Assembly (NCBI GenBank): GCA_036498705.1
Contig: DASYFA010000152.1
Coordinates: 1-57,708 of the forward strand
DNA length: 57,708 nucleotides
Direction of reading: 5' to 3'
Source: Paenibacillus sp.
GTDB taxonomy: Bacteria > Bacillota > Bacilli > Paenibacillales > Paenibacillaceae
Shown here: positions 19,493 to 29,900 of the stretch, piece after piece
How positions within the stretch are numbered: the stretch's first letter is position 1
Layout: each line of letters begins with the position of its first letter
Position numbers and translations under genes: made by a program
The notes under the pieces: model-generated
What the model was told of the DNA's origin: nothing
The model's database searches: none
The model's input: the letters and a program-made list of their open reading frames with translations, nothing else

Positions 19493-21775
19493 ATGAAACG
19501 TGATATCCAAGCTTTGATCGCTGAAATGACATTGGAAGAGAAGGCCAGTCTGTGTTCTGGTCGCGATTTCTGGCATTTAAAGGGAATAGAGCGTCTAGGC
19601 ATTCCTAGCATTATGGTAACCGATGGCCCGCATGGACTGCGCAAACAGCAAGGCGATTCTGACCATTTAGGCTTATTCGAGAGCGTACCTGCAACCTGCT
19701 TTCCTTCGGCTGCTGGCATGGCCAGCTCCTGGGATCGGGAACTGATCGGCAAGGTAGGCGTGGCCCTCGGTGAAGAATGCCAAGCTGAGGATGTCGCTGT
19801 CCTGCTTGGTCCAGGCGCCAATATCAAACGCTCTCCGTTATGTGGACGCAACTTCGAGTATTTCTCAGAGGACCCTTACCTCTCCTCAGAGATGGCCGCT
19901 AGCCATATTCAAGGGGTACAAAGCCAGGGCGTAGGTACTTCGCTGAAGCACTTCGCGGTCAATAACCAGGAGCATCGTCGCATGGGTGTGGATGCTGTTG
20001 TGGATGAGCGCACACTGCGTGAGATCTATCTGGCCAGCTTCGAAGGCGCGGTAAGAAAGGCTCAGCCATGGACGGTTATGAGCGCTTATAACAAAGTTAA
20101 CGGAACCTTCGCTTCCGAGCATAAGTACTTGCTCACCGATATTCTGAAGGAAGAATGGGGGCATGAAGGAATTGTCGTGACGGACTGGGGAGCTAACAAC
20201 GATCGCGTAGATGGACTGGCAGCCGGCCAAGAGCTGGAGATGCCTTCAAGTAACGGTCTGGGTGATCGCAAAATCGTAGAAGCTGTCCAAAAAGGGGAAT
20301 TGACCATAGAAACGCTAGATCGCGCCGTTGAGCGGATTCTGCGGATCATTCTCATGAGTGTCGACAACAAGAAAGCAAATGCCACCTACGACAAGGAAGA
20401 GCACCATCGTTTGGCTCGTACGGTTGCCGGTGAGGCGATGGTACTACTAAGAAATGAAGATCAACTGCTCCCGCTGACCCAAGGACAGAAATTAGCCGTT
20501 ATCGGCCCTTTCGCACAAAATCCAAGGTATCAAGGCAGCGGTAGCTCTCATATTAATCCGACCAGGCTTGATGTGCCGTTTGAGGAAATTAAGAAGCTGG
20601 CAGGCGAGACCGGGTCGGTCGTCTATACTCAAGGCTTCCATCTCGATAAGGACGATCTGGATCACGCTCTGATCGAGGAAGCTAAGAAGGCTGCTAGCGA
20701 ATCAGACGTCGCCGTCATCTTTGCCGGTCTTCCGGATCGCTACGAATCCGAAGGCTATGATCGTAAGCATATGCGGATGCCTGCGAACCAGGATCAGATC
20801 ATTGCAGCCATCGCTGAAGTGCAGAGCAATGTGGTTGTCGTCCTGATGAACGGCTCTCCGATCGAGATGCCTTGGGCCCTTCAGACCAAAGCAATTCTCG
20901 AAGCTTACTTGGGCGGTCAAGCGACCGGCGGCGCGATTGCCGATATTCTGTTCGGTAAGGCCAATCCGAGCGGCAAACTGGCCGAGACCTTCCCGGTCAA
21001 GGTAAGCGATAATCCGTCCTTCCTGTTCTTCCCGGGCGAAGGCAATCGGGTAGAGTACCGCGAGGGAATCTTCGTCGGGTATCGCTACTATGATAGCAAA
21101 GAAGTGAAGCCATTATTCCCGTTCGGACATGGCCTGAGCTACACAACCTTCAAATATTCCGATCTTCTTATTGATCGCAAACAGATCAAAGATACGGATA
21201 CCGTAAATGTTCAGGTAGCCGTACAGAATACAGGAACCCTTGCAGGGAAAGAAATCGTTCAGCTCTATGTCCGTGATATAGAGAGCTCGGTCATCCGTCC
21301 TGTCAAAGAGTTAAAAGGCTTCGCCAAGGTTGAACTCCAGCCTGGGGAGAAGGAAACCGTCACGTTTACACTGGATAAGCGTTCCTTCGCTTACTACAGC
21401 GAGAAGCTCAGTGACTGGCATGTGGAGTCGGGTGAGTTTGAAATTTTAGTTGGACGCTCCTCTGAGGATATCGTCATGAGCGATACGATCAATGTCGAGT
21501 CCACCGTTGTCATAAAGACGACAGTCGACAGCAATACAATGTTGGGTGATATCCTGAGTGATCCGCAAAGAGCACCACTTGTACAAGGACTACTTCAGAA
21601 AATGCAAGAAGGCTTGGGCGGGCTTGGAGCAGCGGAAAGCCTTGGCGAAGGTGTAGGAACGATGTTTTCCGAGATGATGAAATACATGCCGCTTCGCACT
21701 CTGGTTTCCATGGGACAAGGAATGTTCACAGAAGAGATGCTGGATGGAATAATTCAGCAAGTGAATAATATCTAA
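19493..21775 (+). CDS. GH3 beta-glucosidase, close paralog of 9243-11519
   Basis: Identical start [18 protein letters not shown] and long identical blocks; VTDWG nucleophile; RBS aggagg. Confidence 0.95.
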   Translation: MKRDIQALIAEMTLEEKASLCSGRDFWHLKGIERLGIPSIMVTDGPHGLRKQQGDSDHLGLFESVPATCFPSAAGMASSWDRELIGKVGVALGEECQAEDVAVLLGPGANIKRSPLCGRNFEYFSEDPYLSSEMAASHIQGVQSQGVGTSLKHFAVNNQEHRRMGVDAVVDERTLREIYLASFEGAVRKAQPWTVMSAYNKVNGTFASEHKYLLTDILKEEWGHEGIVVTDWGANNDRVDGLAAGQELEMPSSNGLGDRKIVEAVQKGELTIETLDRAVERILRIILMSVDNKKANATYDKEEHHRLARTVAGEAMVLLRNEDQLLPLTQGQKLAVIGPFAQNPRYQGSGSSHINPTRLDVPFEEIKKLAGETGSVVYTQGFHLDKDDLDHALIEEAKKAASESDVAVIFAGLPDRYESEGYDRKHMRMPANQDQIIAAIAEVQSNVVVVLMNGSPIEMPWALQTKAILEAYLGGQATGGAIADILFGKANPSGKLAETFPVKVSDNPSFLFFPGEGNRVEYREGIFVGYRYYDSKEVKPLFPFGHGLSYTTFKYSDLLIDRKQIKDTDTVNVQVAVQNTGTLAGKEIVQLYVRDIESSVIRPVKELKGFAKVELQPGEKETVTFTLDKRSFAYYSEKLSDWHVESGEFEILVGRSSEDIVMSDTINVESTVVIKTTVDSNTMLGDILSDPQRAPLVQGLLQKMQEGLGGLGAAESLGEGVGTMFSEMMKYMPLRTLVSMGQGMFTEEMLDGIIQQVNNI

Positions 21776-21876
21776 GTTTAATCGTCTATAGCTACATTAT
21801 TTTAAGACGGAGCAACATAGTATCAGCGATTGAGCACACCAAATCATTTAGATGTATGCCATTTGATCCATAAGAA

Positions 21877-21912
21877 TAAAAGACCGGGATGGGTTCTACC
21901 CATTCCGGTCTT
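21877..21912. terminator. Terminator between convergent GH3 and xylanase
   Basis: aagaccgggatggg/cccattccggtctt stem. Confidence 0.7.
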
Positions 21913-21920
21913 ATCTAATG

Positions 21921-23912
21921 TTACGGTTCGATTCCCCAAGCAAGCGTTCCGGACTGATAGAGTGTCACTTTGTTCCAGTCGGTATAGGCCGTCTTTGTAG
22001 AGTCATACGAGTAATCGTTGGATTGGTTGAAGTTGGACCAGTCAGCTTTGGCAATTCGTGTCTGGATATCGCCTGACGTTGCGCCTGGTGCGATCGAGCC
22101 CGCTCCAGAACCGAACGAAATCTCCATGTACGTATCCGCATTGGTACCTGTCGTACTTCCGAAGGTGGCGCTGACATTCGAGTTGCCGACCGCCGCCCAA
22201 TCGATATAAGCATTTAGTGCTGAGCTGCTATCCTTCGTAAAGTAGTACCGGATTTTCAAATTACTAAGATTGACGGCCGAAGTGCCGTTATTCTTAATCA
22301 CGAAGTTCGGAGCAAGTGTATTGGAGGTGGCGTTCGTATTCTGAGTCTTGTATTGGACGACAAGATTGCTACCACCACTACCTCCACCGCCGGTAGGTAT
22401 AACACTCACTTGCGCGGAATTGCCGCTCGTTCCAGCGGAATTCGTGGCCGTGACGACGTAGTAGTATGTCGTTCCGTTCGTCAGCCCCGTTTTCGTATAG
22501 CTCGTTGTCGATATGTTGGTCGCCACGTCCGTATACGGACCGCCGCTGGTCGTCGCCTGCTTCACCGTGTAGCTCGTCGCACCGCTTGAAGCAGCCCAGG
22601 CAAGGGTCACTTGAGCGTTACCCGCTGTCGCCGTTAACCCGGTCGGTGCTGCCGGCACTTGCGTGCCTCCACCACCACTCGGCGTAGCACTGACTTGCGT
22701 GGAATTGCCGCTAGTTCCGGCGGCATTCGTGGCAGTGACGACATAGTAGTACGCCGTTCCGTTCGTCAGCCCCGTCTTCGTATAACTCGTCGATGCTATA
22801 TTAGTCGCTACGTCCGTATACGGACCGCCGCTGGTTGTCGCCTGCTTCACCGTGTAGCTCGTCGCACCGCTTGAGGCCGCCCAGCTTAGGGTCACTTGGG
22901 CGTTGCCCGCCGTTGCCGTTAACCCGGTCGGTGCTGCCGGTACTACTGGCGTGCTTCCACCGCCCAGATATTGCTTCAGCCATTGCATGGCAGGACGCTC
23001 AGTTCCAGAAGAGGTTACCAAATACGTATCGGATTGCCACGTTTGTCCTTGGATATATCCCCACAGAGTGATCCCCTTCACGCTCGGGTTCTCCCACAAT
23101 ACCGGGAATTTCGTCTGATAACGGGACAACTGTGTAGCGTCATCGCCGGTCATGTCCAATTCCGATACATAGATCGGTAAGCCTGTAGCAGATAATGAGT
23201 TGAGGACACTGTTCATAGTGCTAACAGATACGTTATCCATGTTGAAATAATGGCATTGAATACCGATGCCGTCGACCAATCCCCTGTCCTTCAACAGATT
23301 GATGATGGTCAAGTATTGCGACGCTGCGTTAGGATCACTAATGATGCCATAATCGTTAATCAGCAACTTCGAATTTGGGAATGCCGCTCTAGCTTGCTGG
23401 AACGACCAAATGACCCAGTCCCAGCCTGTGGTACCATCCCCACCGATGGCGTCTTTATAACTAGGCTTGGCATGTAGCGGTTCGTTGACGACGTCGACAT
23501 AGTCCGCTTTCGGATAGTGCTGGCCTGCGAGCTGAATCCATTCTGTCACTTCTGCCTTCTTATCGGCAGCGGATAGACTACCAATCCAACCCGGCTCCTG
23601 GCTGCCCCAGACAAGTGTATGGAACTTAAAAGGAATCTTGTTGGTCTGCGCATAATTGTAGATCAGATCCCCATTAGACCAATTCATGGTGTTGCGCGTA
23701 GATTCGACGGAACCCCATTTCGTCGCGTTTTCCGGCGTAACCTGGTTCCAGTACTTAGAATAGTCCGAGGGAGCGCTGCTTCCAATCACATTGCCCAAGA
23801 ACTTGCTGCCCGAAGCAAGGCTCGCATCTGCTCTTCCTGCAATGTCGGACAAGAGCAGTCCAAACACCATCACGAATGCAACGTACAAATACAGCCATTT
23901 CGATTTCAACAT
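21921..23912 (-). CDS. Secreted endo-1,4-beta-xylanase GH10-Fn3-Fn3-CBM3
   Basis: Signal peptide; TPEN, HTLVW, DVVNEP (acid/base), GIGIQCH, SELD (nucleophile); two Fn3 repeats; CBM3 (KIRYYFT, DWSNFNQSNDYSY). Confidence 0.93.
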   Translation of the reverse strand: MLKSKWLYLYVAFVMVFGLLLSDIAGRADASLASGSKFLGNVIGSSAPSDYSKYWNQVTPENATKWGSVESTRNTMNWSNGDLIYNYAQTNKIPFKFHTLVWGSQEPGWIGSLSAADKKAEVTEWIQLAGQHYPKADYVDVVNEPLHAKPSYKDAIGGDGTTGWDWVIWSFQQARAAFPNSKLLINDYGIISDPNAASQYLTIINLLKDRGLVDGIGIQCHYFNMDNVSVSTMNSVLNSLSATGLPIYVSELDMTGDDATQLSRYQTKFPVLWENPSVKGITLWGYIQGQTWQSDTYLVTSSGTERPAMQWLKQYLGGGSTPVVPAAPTGLTATAGNAQVTLSWAASSGATSYTVKQATTSGGPYTDVATNIASTSYTKTGLTNGTAYYYVVTATNAAGTSGNSTQVSATPSGGGGTQVPAAPTGLTATAGNAQVTLAWAASSGATSYTVKQATTSGGPYTDVATNISTTSYTKTGLTNGTTYYYVVTATNSAGTSGNSAQVSVIPTGGGGSGGSNLVVQYKTQNTNATSNTLAPNFVIKNNGTSAVNLSNLKIRYYFTKDSSSALNAYIDWAAVGNSNVSATFGSTTGTNADTYMEISFGSGAGSIAPGATSGDIQTRIAKADWSNFNQSNDYSYDSTKTAYTDWNKVTLYQSGTLAWGIEP
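22408..22940. repeat. Near-identical intragenic direct repeat (two Fn3 modules, 285-bp period)
   Basis: 22408-22655 vs 22693-22940, e.g. ccgttaacccggtcggtgctgccgg at 22631 and 22916. Confidence 0.9.
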
Positions 23913-24126
23913 AACCATTACCTCCTCCATCATGATTTTCGATCCAACCTCGCTAGCGTACTTGGACCCTCACCACAGGCTCCCAATCACCTCCATAAAA
24001 ATAAAGTGCTTACATTTACAATTATAAATTACAATTTCATCCATAAGAAGTTTAAATATATACGTTTTTTACTTTAAATTATTTCGATCCTCGTGAGAGG
24101 AGTGGCCCCTATCTTCACTATAAGGA

Positions 24127-25548
24127 TTAAGATGGTCTGCTTTCTGCGAGCAAAAAGTAGGGATTCCATATCTGCCGCAGCAGAGCCACTCCCTCATCAA
24201 TCCGTTCCCAGAGAACCCCACCGAAGCCAATCAGAAATCTTCTCTGTGGGTGATAGACCGATTTGTCACCATAAAATGCTGTCGCTGAAGCAACTACTAT
24301 GCCATGAGAACGTGCTAATTGAACTAATTCTTGCTCAGAGACTGAAGCCTGGAGCGATAGAATCAGATGAAATCCAGCATGCGGGGTAATCACCTCGCCA
24401 TGTCCCTGGAAGTAGGTTTGCAGCGCTTCGGCCAAATGATGGCCTTTTTTGCGATAGAGATTTCTCATCTTACGGACATGCTTCTCGAAATAGCCCTGTT
24501 CCATAAATTTCTCCAGGGTACGTTGATAAATGCGAGAAGAGGATTGTTCGAACCATAGTCTTCTGCGCAGATGATGGTAAGCATCCAGTAATGAATCAGG
24601 GAGCACCATATAATGTATACAAATGTCAGGTGCGAGAATTTGCGAGAAGCCTCCGATATATATTACGTTGGCCCCTGGAGCAAGACCTTGCAGAGCAGGC
24701 ACCGGCTGGCCTAAATAACGAAGCTCTCCCCCATAATCGTCCTCAATAATGTATCCTCCATGTGCCTCAGCCCACCTCAGCAGTTCCAATCTTTCGTTAA
24801 TTGGCATCACTCTTCCACCAGGGTATTGATGTGAAGGTGAGACGGCAACAATACGGGCTGACGTCTTTAACAAGCGAGATATGTCGATGCCCTGATCCGC
24901 CTCCGTGACGTAAGATATCTCATAGCCCTCTGCTTGAAAGGTATGGGGAAGCAGCGGATAGCAAGGATCTTCCACAGCCAGCACTGAAGAGATATCCTTA
25001 AGCAGGATCGAGAGATAATGAAGAAGCAGATGCTGCTCTGCGCCGATCATAATCTGCTCCTTGCGACAGACTACACCACGGATGCGATAAAGATAGGCTG
25101 CCAGTTCCTCTCTCAATCCGGCCTCCCCTTGATAATCTCCATAGAATAATAGATCGTTGTGTTCATCCCGCAGCGTGTCCGCTAACAGACGCTTCCAATG
25201 ACTGATTGGAAAGCCTGTAAAGTCATTTTTGCAGAGGTGAAAATCATAGGGATAAGTCTCCTCCATTGCACGATCCCTCTCAAAATGAACAGGCTCGCTC
25301 TGATGATCAGTCAGCGTGAATTGCCCGTATGATACTGGAAGGGCAGCAACATAAAACCCCTTTCTGGGCCGGTTCTCTATGAATCCTTCCGCAACCAGCT
25401 GCTGATAGGCAGTTTCTACCGGCGTTGTACTAATCGATAATTGCCGGGCTTGCTCCCGAATCGAGGGCAGACGATCGTTCGCGCCTAATTTCCCCTCTAC
25501 AATATCCTTCTTGATAGATTCATATATTAAAGCATAAATGTTTTGCAT
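24127..25548 (-). CDS. MocR/GabR-type GntR regulator with aminotransferase-like domain (PLP lysine absent)
   Basis: wHTH RLPSIRE...TPVETAYQQLVAEG, SPSHQYP, IIEDDY; GGFSQ in place of GTFSK; ATG 25548 chosen for RBS gagaggg. Confidence 0.88.
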   Translation of the reverse strand: MQNIYALIYESIKKDIVEGKLGANDRLPSIREQARQLSISTTPVETAYQQLVAEGFIENRPRKGFYVAALPVSYGQFTLTDHQSEPVHFERDRAMEETYPYDFHLCKNDFTGFPISHWKRLLADTLRDEHNDLLFYGDYQGEAGLREELAAYLYRIRGVVCRKEQIMIGAEQHLLLHYLSILLKDISSVLAVEDPCYPLLPHTFQAEGYEISYVTEADQGIDISRLLKTSARIVAVSPSHQYPGGRVMPINERLELLRWAEAHGGYIIEDDYGGELRYLGQPVPALQGLAPGANVIYIGGFSQILAPDICIHYMVLPDSLLDAYHHLRRRLWFEQSSSRIYQRTLEKFMEQGYFEKHVRKMRNLYRKKGHHLAEALQTYFQGHGEVITPHAGFHLILSLQASVSEQELVQLARSHGIVVASATAFYGDKSVYHPQRRFLIGFGGVLWERIDEGVALLRQIWNPYFLLAESRPS

Positions 25549-25560
25549 TTTTACCCTCTC

Positions 25561-25609
25561 ATCTGTCACTTAAAAATAATTAAATCTGTACATTCTCAAG
25601 TATACAGAC
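25561..25609. promoter_or_regulatory. Putative MocR operator (two direct and one inverted repeat)
   Basis: ATCTGTCAC 25561, ATCTGTACA 25584, inverted TATACAGAC 25601 in the divergent spacer. Confidence 0.5.
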
Positions 25610-25646
25610 TAGTGGTAGATTAAGGTAGAACTGAGATAAAGGAGAT

Positions 25647-26204
25647 ATGAATGGTATGGAAAATGTACGCTTTCTCGAAGGGAAAAAAGTATATTTACGT
25701 CCGATTGAAGCAGCCGATACCGACTGGTATTTTAGTACGTTGTACGATAAAGAAACCCGAAGACTCACCGGAACGCAAAAACATCATACTCGGGAGCAAA
25801 TAGCCAGCTACATTGAAGCCAAGTCACACGACTCATCTTCCGTGCTGCTCTTGATCGCTACTTGCAGCGACGATACGCTGATCGGAGACATTGCGATTCA
25901 GGATATAGACACAATGAATCGTAACGCGAACATTCGGATAGCGCTCACTGACGGCAGCCAGAACAAAGGATACGGAACGGAGGCACTTCAACTCATGCTC
26001 GAATATGGGTTCGGAGTTCTTAATTTGCACCGAATTGAACTCAATGTATATTCGTACAATCATCGAGCGATGAGAGTATACGAAAAATTAGGCTTCAAGC
26101 AAGAAGGGGTTCAGAGAGAGGCTTTGTTCTACAATCATGAGTATCACGATTCTATTCTGATGAGCATTCTGGAGGATGAGTATCGGACTCTATCAGAGAA
26201 CTAG
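25647..26204 (+). CDS. GNAT N-acetyltransferase (RimJ/SpeG-like)
   Basis: QNKGYGTEA acetyl-CoA motif, LNLHRIEL, N-x-x-A-x-x-x-YEKLGF; start may be 25656. Confidence 0.9.
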   Translation: MNGMENVRFLEGKKVYLRPIEAADTDWYFSTLYDKETRRLTGTQKHHTREQIASYIEAKSHDSSSVLLLIATCSDDTLIGDIAIQDIDTMNRNANIRIALTDGSQNKGYGTEALQLMLEYGFGVLNLHRIELNVYSYNHRAMRVYEKLGFKQEGVQREALFYNHEYHDSILMSILEDEYRTLSEN

Positions 26205-26974
26205 TCAGGGGAAATAAACTCTCCAAAACCAATTTGGCGCAGCTCATAATCCGCACCGATATTTTTCAGCTCAGTCTCTATTTTCATAGCGCACGCTTCA
26301 ATTCCTTTATAAACTTGTAAAGGCAAGGTGCCCAAATAGACTTTCGCTTGTGAATAATCACAGGAGAAGGTCTTTTTAATGAATAACAGCGTCTTTATCT
26401 TATCGCTGCCTTCGCCTGTAATGAATACTTTATAATAGTCGTACTCTTCAGTCTCATCGGACTCCCCATCCCGAGAGCTGCTCGGCAGTAAGACGCTACG
26501 AAGGAACTCCTCGAGGTCGTCATAGGCAATGTCGAAGTCCCAAGAGCCTGTCCCATGTTCCGCGGTGTATATGATGGTGTCCCCTCTGGATAGATCAAGG
26601 CAATAAGGGTCTCCTTCATCTGAAGCAATGACTAGATAGCTGTCCGGCCAATCTGTGATAACCTCATTCTTCACGGGATTATAGCTGTATCCCAATTGAC
26701 CCTGCACGATGTCCTTGGCACCGTAGATATCAAGATTGATATATTCATCCGTGCTCCAACCAAGCGATTCGGGGACATAATGCTGCAAGAAATATAGGTA
26801 TTTATCAGGTAGGGGCCATTGTTCAGCAACTGTACGTACATCCTGTTCTTCTGCTTCAGTAATCAGACGCATCGGATACTTGGCGTAAAATTCCGGATCT
26901 TGTCCACGTATCGCCTCCAGCACCTCTTGCATCTTCTCTATAACAGCATCAATATTTTGATGGCTATTCTTCAA
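26201..26974 (-). CDS. SMI1/KNR4 (SUKH) family protein with C-terminal ribosomal L7/L12-CTD-like domain
   Basis: LPDKYLYFL, IASDEGDPYCLD, EHG, IAYDDLEEFL; tail resembles L12 CTD. Confidence 0.75.
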   Translation of the reverse strand: MKNSHQNIDAVIEKMQEVLEAIRGQDPEFYAKYPMRLITEAEEQDVRTVAEQWPLPDKYLYFLQHYVPESLGWSTDEYINLDIYGAKDIVQGQLGYSYNPVKNEVITDWPDSYLVIASDEGDPYCLDLSRGDTIIYTAEHGTGSWDFDIAYDDLEEFLRSVLLPSSSRDGESDETEEYDYYKVFITGEGSDKIKTLLFIKKTFSCDYSQAKVYLGTLPLQVYKGIEACAMKIETELKNIGADYELRQIGFGEFISPD

Positions 26975-27109
26975 AGTGGTCCACCTCTCTTTTCCGCAGA
27001 TTCATTTGCATTTTCTCGTAGATATCATACCATGGTTCACTTTCAAACCTAACAAAACGACCTTCGTCCATAGAACTCAGGAGAAGGCCGTCTAACTTTT
27101 ACATATTAT

Positions 27110-28609
27110 TTATTGAACAACCTGCGGTTCATTATTCAAACCCAGCGTCCGCGCTGTAGAAGTATGGATCGATTGAATCAGTTCGGGCTTGCTTAACAGC
27201 GGCATGCCATAAGATGGAATCATTTCTTTGATCTTTGGCTCCCACTCTTTGAAGTGCTGCGGGAAGCACTTATTGATCACTTCGAGCATGACAGGAACCG
27301 CGGTAGAAGCACCTGGCGAAGCGCCAAGCAATGCCGCAATTGAACCATCGGCAGCACTAATGACCTCAGTTCCAAATTGTAGCGTACCTTTGCCGCTAGT
27401 CGTATCTTTAATAATTTGTACGCGCTGACCTGCTACCACCAGATCCCAATCTTCAGATTTGGCATTCGGTACAAATTCCCGTAAAGTTTGCACGCGCTTT
27501 TCCTTCGATTGCATCAATTCCTTGATCAGATAAGTCACCAATGACATGTTCTTCACACCTGAAGCCAACATAGTTATGAGGTTATGTGGTTTAACTGAGG
27601 TGATCAGATCGAACATAGAACCAAACTTCAAGAACTTAGGAGAGAAGCCGGCGAACGGACCAAATAATAAGGACTCCTTGCCCTCGATTAATCTGGAGTC
27701 GAGATGCGGAACAGACATCGGTGGGGCCCCAACCTGAGCTTGACCGTATACCTTAGCATAATGCTGCGCAACAACGTCTGGATTCTTACACACCATGAAC
27801 AATCCGCTTATCGGGAATCCGCCGATCCCTTTGCCTTCAGGAATGCCGGATTTCTGCAGTAAGTGAAGGCTTCCTCCCCCACCACCGATGAAGACAAATT
27901 TAGCCGTATGGCGCGTAACCGTACCGTTCTCGATATTCCGCACCTTCAATTCCCATCTGCCATCACTAGTCCGCTTCACATCATGGACGTGCTGGTTGAA
28001 CTTCATGTCAACACCTTTACTCTTCAAATGGTCAAACAATATGCGTGTTAAAGCGCCAAAATTAACATCCGTGCCTGAGTTAATCCTTGTAGCTGCGATC
28101 GGACCACTTACCGTCCGGTCCTTCATCATTAGTGGAATCCATTCCATCAGCTTCGCTGGATCATCCGAATACTCCATCCCTTGGAATAGCGGGTTGCTGG
28201 ATAATGCTTCGAATCTCTTCTTCAGAAAGGCTACATCCTTAGCCCCTTGTACAAAGCTCATATGAGGCACTGGCATAATAAAGTCTCGCGGATTGCGTAT
28301 CAGCTTGCTGTTTACAAGATAAGACCAAAACTGCTTAGAAACCTGGTACTCTTCATTAACCTTGATCGCTTTACTAATATCAATGGATCCATCCGGTTTT
28401 TCTACGGTGTAGTTAAGCTCACACAGTGCGGAATGCCCTGTTCCTGCATTATTCCATTCGTTAGAGCTTTCCTCTCCAGCGCTACTGCGCCTCTCAAACA
28501 CTGTAATTTCCCAGTCCGGTGCTAGTTCTTTCAGTAGTGACCCTAAAGTCGCACTCATGATACCGGCACCGATCAAGATAACGTCTGTCTTGATTTGTCC
28601 ATTAGCCAT
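27110..28609 (-). CDS. mqo: Malate:quinone oxidoreductase
   Basis: [54 protein letters not shown]. Confidence 0.96.
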   Translation of the reverse strand: MANGQIKTDVILIGAGIMSATLGSLLKELAPDWEITVFERRSSAGEESSNEWNNAGTGHSALCELNYTVEKPDGSIDISKAIKVNEEYQVSKQFWSYLVNSKLIRNPRDFIMPVPHMSFVQGAKDVAFLKKRFEALSSNPLFQGMEYSDDPAKLMEWIPLMMKDRTVSGPIAATRINSGTDVNFGALTRILFDHLKSKGVDMKFNQHVHDVKRTSDGRWELKVRNIENGTVTRHTAKFVFIGGGGGSLHLLQKSGIPEGKGIGGFPISGLFMVCKNPDVVAQHYAKVYGQAQVGAPPMSVPHLDSRLIEGKESLLFGPFAGFSPKFLKFGSMFDLITSVKPHNLITMLASGVKNMSLVTYLIKELMQSKEKRVQTLREFVPNAKSEDWDLVVAGQRVQIIKDTTSGKGTLQFGTEVISAADGSIAALLGASPGASTAVPVMLEVINKCFPQHFKEWEPKIKEMIPSYGMPLLSKPELIQSIHTSTARTLGLNNEPQVVQ

Positions 28610-28960
28610 TTCGCCGTCCGTCCTTATATTCAAGTATTTAATGAAAAGATGTAGGCGCTCCTACGCAGACACCACAGCAAGCCAGTGTGCAACATCGTCA
28701 CACATTTCTTCCGGAGCAATATAACCTATAATGAATCAACATAATTAAAGATTTAATATTCTCATTATATGATATTTATTTGCTGTTTGATAGACATTCA
28801 AGACTACTGGACGGGGGTGAATGGCTATAAAAGATTTCTTTAACACCCATAACCATATTTCATTGTTACATAAGCGAATATCACATTACTGGCCGAAAGG
28901 CCCAACGTCGCTACTAGACGTCGGGCCTTCTTGCAAAACTTATAACGCCGCTTTGAACCT

Positions 28961-29002
28961 AAAAAAGGCTCATTCCAATTGCAACAAGGAATAAGCCTTT
29001 TT
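28961..29002 (-). terminator. Terminator of pst operon
   Basis: aaaaaaggct-c-attcc / ggaat-a-agccttttt. Confidence 0.7.
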
Positions 29003-29015
29003 GACCGCAGCCGCT

Positions 29016-29897
29016 CTATTTCTTCAGCTTGCGATTATTGATCCAGATCGGCAAGCGAAATACCAGATTGATCAATAGGACAACGAATACTAGCACAGCA
29101 GCCGATTTATCGGCAATCTGCCTGGCATCCTCCACGATCGCTTCGGACTGTACGTACCACAAATGAACAGCCAACGTCTCGCCAGGAGAGAACAGATTAA
29201 AATCCCACATCTCGCCCGAAGTGCTGAGCCCCGCCGTCAAAATAATAACGGCCGATTCCCCGAAAGCACGGCCCGCAACAAGACAAATGCCGGTGATGAT
29301 TGCCTGCATGGCTGTAGGAATGACGACCGTGCGGATCATATGGAACTGAGTCGTTCCAAGTCCATAAGCCGCGTGTCGCAGATCGTTCGGCACCGCCCGA
29401 ACCGCTTCTTCCGTAACCCGAGCCAACATCGGCAAGTTGAGAAAGGCCAAGCTAACGGCTCCGCCAAGAATCGTAAGCCCGATGCCGAAATATTCGGCGA
29501 AAATCGCCAGGCCGAGCAGACCGAATACGATCGATGGCACAGAGGAGAGCGACTCGACGCAAATACGAAGAATTTCTGTAAATCGATTGTTCGGCGCGTA
29601 TTCCGCCATATAGATGCCCGCTCCCACGCCGATCGGAACTGATATCAATAGCGAGAGAAACAGGATATAGAAGGAGTTGAACAGCATCGGTCCGATGCCT
29701 CCGCCGGCATCAATCTCCTCCGGCAGCTTAATCAAGAAACCCCAGGAAATTTGCGGCAGCCCTTTGCTCAGGATGGTGAAAAGCAGCCAAAACACCAGCA
29801 GCATGACCCCCGCTCCCAAAGCATAAAAACAACCTGTGGCTACCCGATCCCATAGCAAAGAGCGGGTAGTTTTCCGCGACAGTTTATACCCGGTCAT
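29016..29897 (-). CDS. pstA: Phosphate ABC transporter permease PstA
   Basis: GGIGP, YMAEYA, VPSIVFGL, EEA-x-x-AVP, GRAFGESA. Confidence 0.93.
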   Translation of the reverse strand: MTGYKLSRKTTRSLLWDRVATGCFYALGAGVMLLVFWLLFTILSKGLPQISWGFLIKLPEEIDAGGGIGPMLFNSFYILFLSLLISVPIGVGAGIYMAEYAPNNRFTEILRICVESLSSVPSIVFGLLGLAIFAEYFGIGLTILGGAVSLAFLNLPMLARVTEEAVRAVPNDLRHAAYGLGTTQFHMIRTVVIPTAMQAIITGICLVAGRAFGESAVIILTAGLSTSGEMWDFNLFSPGETLAVHLWYVQSEAIVEDARQIADKSAAVLVFVVLLINLVFRLPIWINNRKLKK

Positions 29898-29900
29898 CGT

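Noticed and set aside
22408-22940. Long direct repeat as mobile element ends
   Set aside because: Fully explained by two in-frame Fn3 domains in the xylanase
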